A stretch of DNA of 41,256 nucleotides from a bacterium. GTDB lineage: Bacteria; Bacillota; Clostridia; Christensenellales; Aristaeellaceae. Below the pieces are notes generated by a model that had not been told where the DNA came from, did not search any database, and was given only the letters and a program-made list of their open reading frames with translations. Of the stretch, positions 8,931 to 17,100 are shown piece by piece. The stretch lies in the NCBI GenBank assembly GCA_963649405.1, contig CAVJHY010000001.1, positions 1 through 41,256 on the forward strand. The letters run 5' to 3'. Positions within the stretch are counted from its first letter, which is position 1. Every line of letters starts with the position of its first letter. The position numbers and the translations under genes are program-made.

Positions 8931-10090
8931 GTATGTTCCTCTTGCCTGATGCCCGTTCCGCCGCAAAGCGGGCAGAGCATGGAATGCTCGGCTTCAAGAG
9001 CCGCGCTGCTTTTTTTGCGGGTCATTTCCATAAGCCCAAGGAAGGTAAAGCCATGCACGACGCACTTCACAGGGTCGTGCTTTAAGGCGTTTTGCATGGC
9101 GGAAAGCAGGGCTTCGCGATGCTCCTCGGAGGCCATGTCGATAAAGTCCGCCAACACGATGCCGCCCATGCTGCGCAGCCGCATCAGCCGGGCGATTTCT
9201 TGCGCCGCCTCCAAATTGGTCTTCAAAAAGGTTTCCTCGCTGCCGGCCTTGCCGCCCGTGAACTTGCCGCTGTTGACATCAATGACGGTCAGCGCCTCGC
9301 ACGGGTCAATGACCAGAAAACCGCCAGATTTGAGCCACACGCGGCGGGACAGCGCCTTTTTAAGCTGTTCCTGCACGGCGTACAGGTCAAATGGATGCTC
9401 GGAAACATGGGCAATGCTTTGAAGGCGCGTAGAACGGAGAGTTTCTTCACTCACGACCACGCTGTCAATCTGTTCGCCCGCTGCCTCGCAATCCCTGAAG
9501 AAACGCTCCGCAAGGGTCAATGTCTGCGGCACAAGGCATGGCGGGCGCAAAGTGGGGAGAAGGGCTTGGATGGCTTCCCAGCGCGTTACGAGCGTCTGAA
9601 TGGCCTCTGTAAGCGCTTCTTCGGAGATTTCTGCCGCCGCACTGCGCAGAACAAGCCCCATGCCGTTCGGTGCAAGCGCTTTTGCCTTTTTGATGAGCGC
9701 CGCACGCACCGCTTCAGCCTCAATTTTTTTAGAGACGGAGTAAAAAGCGGAGATCGGCAGCAAAATGACCGTCTCGGCGGCCAGAGAAATATCCTGCGTT
9801 AAATACGCGGCCTTTTGCTGGACAGGCGGCTTTTTGACCTGCACCAGCACCCTGTCGCCGCCCTTCAGCTTTTGCTTGGCCTCATTGAGTGGCAGAAAGC
9901 CGTTTTCCTTGTCATTCAGGCGCACAAACGCAGCATTCATGCCGGAAACGACTCGTTCCACCACGCCCAGATAAAGCTGCTCTGCCGAAATGCCGCTCGC
10001 TTCCTCTTTTCGGTAGTCGATGAGCTTGCGGTCATTGAGCAGCGCCGCCTCGGTCAGCGTCCCCGTTTTTTGAATGAGAAGCTGCAGCAT
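8927..10090 (-). CDS. rng: Rne/Rng family ribonuclease (RNase G-like)
   Basis: S1-like N-terminus, an RNase E/G core (LTVIDVNSGKF) and a C-terminal Zn-link CPLCGGTG. I place the start at ATG 10090 (MLQLLIQK), 1 nt after the upstream stop with GGAG upstream. Confidence 0.85.
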   Translation of the reverse strand: MLQLLIQKTGTLTEAALLNDRKLIDYRKEEASGISAEQLYLGVVERVVSGMNAAFVRLNDKENGFLPLNEAKQKLKGGDRVLVQVKKPPVQQKAAYLTQDISLAAETVILLPISAFYSVSKKIEAEAVRAALIKKAKALAPNGMGLVLRSAAAEISEEALTEAIQTLVTRWEAIQALLPTLRPPCLVPQTLTLAERFFRDCEAAGEQIDSVVVSEETLRSTRLQSIAHVSEHPFDLYAVQEQLKKALSRRVWLKSGGFLVIDPCEALTVIDVNSGKFTGGKAGSEETFLKTNLEAAQEIARLMRLRSMGGIVLADFIDMASEEHREALLSAMQNALKHDPVKCVVHGFTFLGLMEMTRKKSSAALEAEHSMLCPLCGGTGIRQEEHT

Positions 10091-10091
10091 A

Positions 10092-10751
10092 TCAAAGATT
10101 CTCCAGCGGCACAAAAATGCCGTTCCATTCGCCCAAAAGCTGGCGGCGAATGATGTAGGCGCGCGGCTTTTCAACACCTGCAAAGGCGGAAAGTGCCGTC
10201 AGCAGCAAATCCGGCTTGCAGGTGGCGGCTTCGCATAACGCCAGCATCGCCATGAGCTTGCCGTCCTCCGCCTTTAATTCATAAATCATCGGACGCAAAT
10301 CACAGGGCTTTTCGCCTGATTTGGTCTTGCGAATTGCGGGAATTTCCTTTTGCTTTAAGAAAGCAGGGACGGCGTTTAAGAGCGCCTCACTGTTTTCTAA
10401 GGTAATCTCGTATATCGCCGCTTTGAGCAGCGCCATCGGCGCGGGATGCCGGTCATCCACTGCTCGCGCAGAGATGCACTTCAAGTCCGGCGGGAGCGCC
10501 TTTTTGAGCTGCTCTGCAAACTGTTTGGCGGGAATGTCTTTGCTGACGGGAACTTCCATAATTTCCCTGCTGCCCGGCATACCAACGGATAGGGGCGCGG
10601 CAAAATTGAGCAGAATGTGTGGGTTAAAGCCCTGCGAATATTGAAGGGGCAAATCACTCCGACGAAGGGCACGCTGCATGGTGCGCAGCAAATCCAAGTG
10701 ACCGATGTGCCGTAGCCGGTCGCCCTTTTCAAAAACAACCAGCATCTTCAT
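10092..10751 (-). CDS. Radical SAM-linked protein (DUF2344 / TIGR03936-like)
   Basis: Begins MKMLVVFEKGDRLRHIGHLDLLRTMQRALRR, typical of the family that partners with or is fused to the upstream rSAM protein. The start overlaps the upstream stop as ATGA. Family name is from memory. Confidence 0.75.
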   Translation of the reverse strand: MKMLVVFEKGDRLRHIGHLDLLRTMQRALRRSDLPLQYSQGFNPHILLNFAAPLSVGMPGSREIMEVPVSKDIPAKQFAEQLKKALPPDLKCISARAVDDRHPAPMALLKAAIYEITLENSEALLNAVPAFLKQKEIPAIRKTKSGEKPCDLRPMIYELKAEDGKLMAMLALCEAATCKPDLLLTALSAFAGVEKPRAYIIRRQLLGEWNGIFVPLENL

Positions 10752-12598
10752 GCGTAGGAGCACACTCCTTCCAGCTTTTGAATGCCGCAGCCGTTGCAGC
10801 CGTGACGACAGTCGCGGGTCGTTTCGCCGCGCTCCGCCTTTTCCGCCTCGCGCTTTAAGAACGCCTTGCAGATGCCCATGTCCACAAAGTCCCACGGGAG
10901 AATTTCATCATAGCCGCGCACACGGTTGGCATAAAAATGTGTGTCTAAGCCGCAGGCTTTGAAGGCTTCCAGCCACACATCAAACTTAAAATGTTCGTTC
11001 CAGCTATCCAGACGGCAGCCATTTTTCCACGCCGTGTAGATGACATCCGCCACGCGGCGGTCTCCGCGGGCAATGCACGCCTCCAGCATGGAAAGCTCCG
11101 GCTCGTGCCAGTTAAAGGTCACGCCGCGAATGTTCAAATATTCACGCAGCGCCTTCTGCTTTTCGAGCACCACGGGAATCTCGTCTTGCCCGACCCACTG
11201 GAAGGGCGTAAAGGGCTTGGGCACGAACACGGATGCACTGCATGTGACGCGTAAGCCCCGCGCCCGCTTCTCCTTCGGCAATCCGAAATAACAGGCAACG
11301 ACCTTTCTTGCAAGGTCGGCAATGCCGCGCAAATCTTCGTCCGTTTCCGTGGGCAGCCCTGTCATAAAGTACAGCTTGACGCTGTTCCAGCCGCAATCGA
11401 ACGCATCCGTCACGGCGCGTACCAAGTCCTCTTCGGTCACGCCCTTGTTAATGACATCGCGCAGCCTTTGCGTCCCCGCTTCAGGTGCAAGGGTCAGCCC
11501 GCTTTTTTTGACCTTGGTGGTCTCCTCCAAGGACTGCTTGACGATGTTGTCTATGCGCATGGAGGGCAGGGACACGCTCACGCGCTTTTCCTTATACCGC
11601 TCCATCAGCGCGGTAATCAGCTCCGGCAGACAGGAATAATCGCCGCTGGAGAGGGAGGATAGGGACATTTCCTCATAGCCCGTCGCCGCCTCTAATTTGT
11701 CAGCCAATTCCAAAACCCGCTCCATCGAGCGCTCTCGAACGGGACGGTACACCATACCAGCCTGACAGAAGCGGCAGCCGCGAGTGCAGCCGCGCATGAT
11801 TTCCAGCACAATGCGGTCATGCACGATGTCCGTATACGGCACGGGAATGGCGGTCGGCGCGGCGGCATTGGAAAAGTCCTTGAGGAAGCGGCGAAGCACA
11901 GTCGACTTTACGCCCTCCTCAATCGGGTAAAACGCCTTAATGGTGCCGTCTTCGTTATAATCTGTCTGATAGAAGCAGGGGACATATACGCCGTCCACAT
12001 CCGCTAGGCGGCGCAGGGTCTCGTGCTTGGAAATCCCTTCCGCTTTGCAGGCACGCAAAACATCCAAGAAATCCACCATCATCTCTTCACCGTCGCCGAT
12101 TTGAAAGGCATCAATGAACGGCGCTAACGGCTCAGGGTTGCAGGCACACGGACCGCCCGCAATAACCAGCGGGAAGTCCTCACCGCGATCCTTGGCGTAG
12201 ACGGGAATGCCGAACAAATCCAGCATTTCCAAGATGTTGGTGAAGCTCATTTCGTATTGAAGCGTAAAGCCGACGACATCAAAGTTACGGACAGGCGTTC
12301 TGGATTCAATGGAAAACAGGGGCAGATTGTTTCTCCGTAAGGCATCCGCCATATCGACCCACGGCATATAAACCCGTTCACACAGGGCATAGGGAAGATT
12401 GTTAATAATTTCATACAGGATTTTAATGCCAAGGTGGGACATACCGATTTCATATGTATCAGGAAAGCAGAAGGCAAAGCGGATATCCGTCTCCTCCCAT
12501 TTTTTCACAGTCGTGTTCATCTCTCCGCCGATGTACCGCGCTGGCTTTTCCACATTTTCCAGCAGCCGCTCCAGCAGAGCATTTTGCGCCTCGTTCAA
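10748..12598 (-). CDS. Uncharacterised radical SAM protein (TIGR03960-like)
   Basis: 616 aa with a CxxxCxxC cluster motif in MRGCTRGCRFCQAG. TTG start lies 9 nt after AGGAGG. Function unknown. Confidence 0.85.
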   Translation of the reverse strand: MNEAQNALLERLLENVEKPARYIGGEMNTTVKKWEETDIRFAFCFPDTYEIGMSHLGIKILYEIINNLPYALCERVYMPWVDMADALRRNNLPLFSIESRTPVRNFDVVGFTLQYEMSFTNILEMLDLFGIPVYAKDRGEDFPLVIAGGPCACNPEPLAPFIDAFQIGDGEEMMVDFLDVLRACKAEGISKHETLRRLADVDGVYVPCFYQTDYNEDGTIKAFYPIEEGVKSTVLRRFLKDFSNAAAPTAIPVPYTDIVHDRIVLEIMRGCTRGCRFCQAGMVYRPVRERSMERVLELADKLEAATGYEEMSLSSLSSGDYSCLPELITALMERYKEKRVSVSLPSMRIDNIVKQSLEETTKVKKSGLTLAPEAGTQRLRDVINKGVTEEDLVRAVTDAFDCGWNSVKLYFMTGLPTETDEDLRGIADLARKVVACYFGLPKEKRARGLRVTCSASVFVPKPFTPFQWVGQDEIPVVLEKQKALREYLNIRGVTFNWHEPELSMLEACIARGDRRVADVIYTAWKNGCRLDSWNEHFKFDVWLEAFKACGLDTHFYANRVRGYDEILPWDFVDMGICKAFLKREAEKAERGETTRDCRHGCNGCGIQKLEGVCSYA

Positions 12599-12638
12599 AG
12601 GAAAATACCTCCTGTCGTGTCATAAAACACTAAATTAT

Positions 12639-12667
12639 ATCTTAGCATATTTTCGCGTGTTTGTCCA
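12639..12667 (-). promoter_or_regulatory. Sigma-A-type promoter for the rSAM-to-miaA gene string
   Basis: On the minus strand: TGGACA, 17 nt, TAAGAT, with TGC immediately upstream of the -10 (extended -10). It lies about 40 nt upstream of the TTG start. Confidence 0.55.
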
Positions 12668-12730
12668 TATTTATTGTTTAAAATATTGGATAATGGATTA
12701 ACTGAAAAGCGCGGAGCGTGATGAAGTACA

Positions 12731-12762
12731 ATAAAAAGGCAGCCCTTTTTGTCGGAGCTGCC
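12731..12762 (-). terminator. Rho-independent terminator ending the sugar island
   Basis: The minus-strand RNA reads GGCAGC(U)CC-GACAAAAA-GGGCUGCC followed by UUUUUAUU. It lies 47 nt downstream of the IolB-like stop. Confidence 0.7.
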
Positions 12763-12808
12763 ATTTCAATTAAGATACTACCATATTTATGAGATGTTGT
12801 CCTTAAAA

Positions 12809-13624
12809 TCAGTTTTTCTTCAACAGATTTTCCACCGCGCTGACCCACTCATGGTCGGGGTCATTGGAGCGGAAGAAGCCCTGATGCTCGCCCGCCATCA
12901 GCCACAGGAAATAGGTGTTGTAGCCGGGTGCGCCCACGGTGGTGTGATAGCCACGCGGGAATTCGACCAGCTCGTCCTGCTTCACGCGATACGCCTCGTC
13001 GATTTCGCCGTCGCTGGTGTACAGGCACTGCACGCCGAAGCCCTGCTGCGGGTCAAACAGGAAGTAGTAAATTTCCTCAAGGATTCCCTCGGAGGGCATA
13101 TTATCCACATCGTGCTTATGCGGCGGGAAACCGGCCCAGTTGCCGGGGGTGATGTACGCCTCGCCGATGGTCAGCTTCTTGGCATTCGTGCTGCCGTCCA
13201 CGATGAAGCTGGTGTCGCGTTCCCACGGCTTTGCGCCCAGACGCACCACGCGAACATCCGCCTGATGGATGGCTTGCGGCTCGGTGTCCACGGTGATGGG
13301 CGTTCCGCACACGGCGATTTTCACATTCCACGGGCTGTCAATTTTCACTGAGCAGTTGCGCGGCGCATAGAAGCATTCAGCCTTGGGGCTTTCAAACACA
13401 TTGCGGCGAACGCCCAAGGTGCCGTAGTCCTTGCCGTTGGCGGTGAAATTGGCCTTGCCGTTCAGAAGGACAAATGCGACCTCGCGGTCTTTCGTTTCAA
13501 AGGTGTAACTTTCGCCGTCCCCCAGCTCGATGATGCCGAATTCCAAGTCCTTCAGGCTGCATTTGCCGATTTCGCACAGCGGGGTATAGCCCTTTTTCGG
13601 GGTGTAAGTCTTTTTGAAATTCAT
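12809..13624 (-). CDS. iolB: 5-deoxy-glucuronate isomerase family protein (IolB-like cupin)
   Basis: GNWAGFPPHKHDVDNMPSEGILEEIYYFLFDPQQGFGVQCLYT...NDPDHEWV closely parallels B. subtilis IolB as I remember it (GNWSSYPPHKHDQDNLPEESFLEETYYHELDPGQGF...NDPAHEWI). Confidence 0.8.
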   Translation of the reverse strand: MNFKKTYTPKKGYTPLCEIGKCSLKDLEFGIIELGDGESYTFETKDREVAFVLLNGKANFTANGKDYGTLGVRRNVFESPKAECFYAPRNCSVKIDSPWNVKIAVCGTPITVDTEPQAIHQADVRVVRLGAKPWERDTSFIVDGSTNAKKLTIGEAYITPGNWAGFPPHKHDVDNMPSEGILEEIYYFLFDPQQGFGVQCLYTSDGEIDEAYRVKQDELVEFPRGYHTTVGAPGYNTYFLWLMAGEHQGFFRSNDPDHEWVSAVENLLKKN

Positions 13625-13627
13625 AAG

Positions 13628-14557
13628 TCATTTCTTCCTTTCCTTGATGTACTGTATCATCATGTCGATGGTTTCCTGCCAATCGGCAATGATTCCATAA
13701 TCCGAACAGGCGAAGATGGGCGCATTGCGCTCTTTGTTGACCGATACCACGGTTTTGGCGCTGCTCATGCCCACCGTGTGCTGGACAAAGCCGCTGATGC
13801 CAAAGCCGATGTACAGCTCCGGCCGGATGGTCACGCCCGTCTGCCCCACCTGATGGGCATAGGAGATATAGCCCGCGTCCACGGCGCTGCGGGTTGCGCC
13901 GACCGCGCCGCCCAGCAAATCCGCCAGTTCAAACAGCTTTTCAAAGCCCTTCTTGCTGCCGACACCCTTGCCGCCCGCGATGACAACCTTTGCATTTTGA
14001 AGTGACACGCCGCTTTCGACCGGCTCAAAGGCAAGCTGCTTCATGCGCTCCTGAAGAAACGGGAGGTCGACGGTCTTGCTTGCGCCGTTTCTGCCGCGGA
14101 CACGCTCCGGCAAGGGGAACACGCCGGGACGGACAGAGGCCATCTGCGGTCTTTTTATTTTGCAGAGGATGTCCGCCGTCAGGTTGTTGCCAAAGGCGGG
14201 GCGGGTCTGCAACAGCAAACCGTTTTGAATGCTCAATTCCGTGCAGTCCGCTGTCAAACCCGTATCGAGCCGTGCAGCGACCCACGCGGACAGGAAGCGC
14301 CCGCGCACCGTGGCGGGAAACAGCACAATATCTGCCTGAAGTATGGTAAGCGCCTCAGCAATGCGGTTGCCCTGTGCGCAATCGTCCGCGCAAAGTGCAA
14401 GCAGCTGCACCTCGTCCGCGCCACTTTCCAAGAGCAGAGCGCCGTTTTCATGCTCCGATAAGGCGATGATGAAGGCTTCCGGCGCGATTGTCCGTGCCTT
14501 GCCAATCAGCTCCAATGCGGGATTCGGCGTTGCTTCACAAAATACGACAATTTTCAC
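13628..14557 (-). CDS. etfA: Electron transfer flavoprotein alpha subunit (EtfA)
   Basis: C-terminal FAD-binding signature VGATRSAVDAGYISYAHQVGQTGVTIRPELYIGFGISGFVQH. I place the start at GTG 14557 (VKIVVF), a GTGA overlap with the etfB stop preceded by GGAAAGGGGG. The ORF-track 5' extension lies inside etfB. Confidence 0.9.
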   Translation of the reverse strand: MKIVVFCEATPNPALELIGKARTIAPEAFIIALSEHENGALLLESGADEVQLLALCADDCAQGNRIAEALTILQADIVLFPATVRGRFLSAWVAARLDTGLTADCTELSIQNGLLLQTRPAFGNNLTADILCKIKRPQMASVRPGVFPLPERVRGRNGASKTVDLPFLQERMKQLAFEPVESGVSLQNAKVVIAGGKGVGSKKGFEKLFELADLLGGAVGATRSAVDAGYISYAHQVGQTGVTIRPELYIGFGISGFVQHTVGMSSAKTVVSVNKERNAPIFACSDYGIIADWQETIDMMIQYIKERKK

Positions 14558-15327
14558 GGCAGCAGCCCCCTTTCCGTCAAGGCGGAAAGCACCTCGGCTG
14601 TGCTGATTTTTTTGCATGGCCGCACACACACGGGACGGCTGTCCACATGGATGACGCGAGTCGGTGAGGCTTTCAAACCGCACTGTGCGGCGGTGAGACC
14701 GATGTCAACGGGTGAAAACAATTGAATGTCTGCCTTTGCTGCTTTCTTTAAGCCGAGCAGTGTCGGCAGACGGAGGCGATAGCTCCATTCGCAGAAGGTG
14801 ACGACCGCAGGAAGCGACGTTTGCCAAGTGATTTTTCCTGTCTCCGTCAGTTGGACGGCGGTGAGACCGTTTTTTGCTTTATCCAAGGTTGTTGCATTGG
14901 CGATGCAGGGAACATCCAGCATAGAGGCCAGCATGGGGCCTACCTGCCCTGTTTCGCCGTCCACGGCGCGGCGGCCGCAGAGAATGACATCAAACCCGCC
15001 CAAGGCTTGGACGGAGGCCTTCAGGCATTTCGCCGTGACCAAGGTGTCCGCACCCGCAAAGGCAGGGTCTGTCAGTAAAACAGCCTTATCCGCACCGCGG
15101 GAAAGCGCTTCCCTGAGAAGGCTTTCGGCGCGTTTGGGTCCCATGGAAAGAACGGTGACTGTACCACCCCAAACATCCCGAAGCTGCAAGCCCTTTTCCA
15201 AGGCGCTCTCATCGGACGGATTCATCACCTGCGCGACAAAATCCCGCTGTAGGGTAAAATCGCTGGACAGCTTCACCTCGGTGGTATCCGGCACCTGCTT
15301 TAAGCATACCAGTATGTTCATGCGCAT
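14554..15327 (-). CDS. etfB: Electron transfer flavoprotein beta subunit (EtfB)
   Basis: MNILVCLKQVPDT N-terminus, CGRRAVDGETGQVGP, and GLKASPTRV. An alternative start is ATG 15321 (MNILV). Confidence 0.9.
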   Translation of the reverse strand: MRMNILVCLKQVPDTTEVKLSSDFTLQRDFVAQVMNPSDESALEKGLQLRDVWGGTVTVLSMGPKRAESLLREALSRGADKAVLLTDPAFAGADTLVTAKCLKASVQALGGFDVILCGRRAVDGETGQVGPMLASMLDVPCIANATTLDKAKNGLTAVQLTETGKITWQTSLPAVVTFCEWSYRLRLPTLLGLKKAAKADIQLFSPVDIGLTAAQCGLKASPTRVIHVDSRPVCVRPCKKISTAEVLSALTERGLLP

Positions 15328-15329
15328 TC

Positions 15330-16796
15330 CTACATTCTGTGATAGATGGGGGCAAGTGCCTTCTGAATGGCCTGATAGATGTCAAAATGCTCGTTATAGA
15401 AGGTCACGCCCTCCTTGTCAGGCAGGGTTTCGCCCGTCACGCGGACACAGCGTTTGACCGCATCGGCATGGCTTGCAAACACGCCCGTGGCAACACCGGC
15501 GAGCATGGCACTGCCGAGGCTGCTGTCCACATTTTCGACTGTTTTAAGCGGAATGTTCAACATATCCGCCAAAATCTGCCGCCACAAATCGCTCTTTGCG
15601 CCGCCTCCGATAGCGACAGCCTCCGTAGGTGCAATCTTCAGCTCCTTGAGGGTGGCAAAGCAGTCCTTCATGGAATAGGCAACGCCCTCCAGCACGGCGC
15701 GGTTAAAGTGCGCCTTCGTATGAGCGCCGACAGCGCCCACAAAGCTGGCGCGGAGCTTGTCATCCAGATACGGAGTAATTTCTCCCTGCAGATAGGGATG
15801 GAAATACAGGCCGTCGCAGCCGCGGGCAACGGAAGCCGCCGCCGCGCTCATTTCGCCGAAGCTGCCGCCGAAGGTGTCCCGATACCAACGGTTGCTGGCA
15901 GCGCAGCTCTTGGTGGCCGTGCCGGGATACCAAAGCTCGTCAATGACATGACGATAAGTGACAAGGCGCGGATCAACCACCGCATGGTCGGTAATCGGGC
16001 AGATGCGTCCCGCCGTGGCGAGCTTCACCGTGGCTTGACCGACAGCAATCGCACCGGCGGCATAGACCTCCATCACGGTGTCCGTCGCGCCGACAATGAC
16101 CACCGTGCCATCCGTCAGTCCCGTGTCCTCCTGCGCCTGTTTGGTCAGCTTGGAGAGCTTGGTCATCGGGTCAACGATGGGCGGCATGATGTCCTTATTC
16201 AAACCCGCCATGGCGCACAGTTTGTCCGACCACTCGTTCTTGCGGGCATCAAGCAGCAAAAAGCCCATTGCTTCAATGCTGTCCGTCACATAGTCGCCCG
16301 TCAGACGGAAACGCACATAGTCCTTGACAGCCATAACCTTGCGCGTTTTTTGAAGCGTTTCCGGCTCGTGACGCTTGAGCCAAATAAGCTGCGGCAGCGT
16401 CCACAGGCTGGAAACGCCGTTGTAGCACTCTTCCATCAGCTCATTGCCCAAATTGGCCTTCAGCGCGGCAGCTTCCTCGCTAGCGCGGCTGTCCGTCCAA
16501 TAGATGGCGCGGCGCACGGGCTTATCATCCTCGCCAAGCAAAACGGCGGTGTGCGTGGCAGCATCCAAAGCCAAGGCTGCGATGTCGCTTGCACTAACGC
16601 CCGATGTATGCAAAATTTCCCGCACATTGGAAACCAGCGCCTGATAGCTGTCCTCCGCGTCCTGCTCTGCCCAGCCGCTGTGCGGATAATAGGTCGGGTA
16701 TTCCTTTCCGGCCGTTGCGTAGACCTTGCCGTCCTCGCCCAAAAGCGTCGCCTTGGAGGAAGAGCCTCCAAAGTCCACGCCCAGCAAATATTTCAT
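15330..16796 (-). CDS. FGGY-family carbohydrate kinase (xylulokinase-like)
   Basis: MKYLLGVDFGGSSSKATLL...GWAEQDAEDSY matches the FGGY N-terminal signatures. I place the start at ATG 16796 (SD GAGGAAAGGG upstream). The ORF-track start at 16856 lies inside a hairpin. Confidence 0.85.
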   Translation of the reverse strand: MKYLLGVDFGGSSSKATLLGEDGKVYATAGKEYPTYYPHSGWAEQDAEDSYQALVSNVREILHTSGVSASDIAALALDAATHTAVLLGEDDKPVRRAIYWTDSRASEEAAALKANLGNELMEECYNGVSSLWTLPQLIWLKRHEPETLQKTRKVMAVKDYVRFRLTGDYVTDSIEAMGFLLLDARKNEWSDKLCAMAGLNKDIMPPIVDPMTKLSKLTKQAQEDTGLTDGTVVIVGATDTVMEVYAAGAIAVGQATVKLATAGRICPITDHAVVDPRLVTYRHVIDELWYPGTATKSCAASNRWYRDTFGGSFGEMSAAAASVARGCDGLYFHPYLQGEITPYLDDKLRASFVGAVGAHTKAHFNRAVLEGVAYSMKDCFATLKELKIAPTEAVAIGGGAKSDLWRQILADMLNIPLKTVENVDSSLGSAMLAGVATGVFASHADAVKRCVRVTGETLPDKEGVTFYNEHFDIYQAIQKALAPIYHRM

Positions 16797-16842
16797 TCTT
16801 TTTTGCCCTTTCCTCTTTTTTAGCAAAACCTTTGGGGAATAT

Positions 16843-17043
16843 ATGAAGGGGGTCACTACCCCTTCATGTCAATTCCGCAGTACCGCCTTTGCCGGTACGA
16901 GAAGCGGTTGGAATACCGCTTCCTATATCAATTTCTGACCGTAAAATGAGATGGCTCTGCCATTCATTTTACAAGAAATTGATGTCCAAATGAAAATCTG
17001 CTTTAGCTGACTTTCATTGATAGTGTGTCAAAAAATTTTGACA
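16843..17043 (-). promoter_or_regulatory. Multi-hairpin untranslated spacer between the Fe-S gene and the FGGY kinase gene
   Basis: Hairpins read directly: 16843-16867 (9 bp), 16880-16898 (6 bp), 16901-16922 (8 bp), 16941-16972 (14 bp with one bulge), and 16989-17018 (7 bp). There is also the palindrome TGTCAAAA-AA-TTTTGACA at 17026-17043. Confidence 0.6.
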
Positions 17044-17056
17044 TACTAATGGTAAA

Positions 17057-17088
17057 CGCGACGCGGGAACAAAACGCCCCGCGCCGCG
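17057..17088 (-). terminator. GC-rich hairpin just after the Fe-S gene; candidate internal terminator or attenuator
   Basis: The minus RNA reads CGCGGCGCGGG-loop-CCCGCGUCGCG followed by UUUACC. That is 11 bp including one G-U that would be an A-C mismatch on the plus strand. The U-tract is weak. Confidence 0.5.
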
Positions 17089-17100
17089 CTATCTTATCCT

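Noticed and set aside
8931-8966. N-terminal extensions of several ORF-track ORFs: 8931-8966, 10091-10183, 10752-10895, 14558-14683, 16797-16856, 21180-21260, 22106-22147, 24689-24724, 29914-29997 and 38167-38199.
   Set aside because: The extensions overlap the preceding gene or a promoter or hairpin, have Arg-rich non-homologous sequence, and lack an SD. In each case an internal start with a good SD and a family-typical N-terminus exists.
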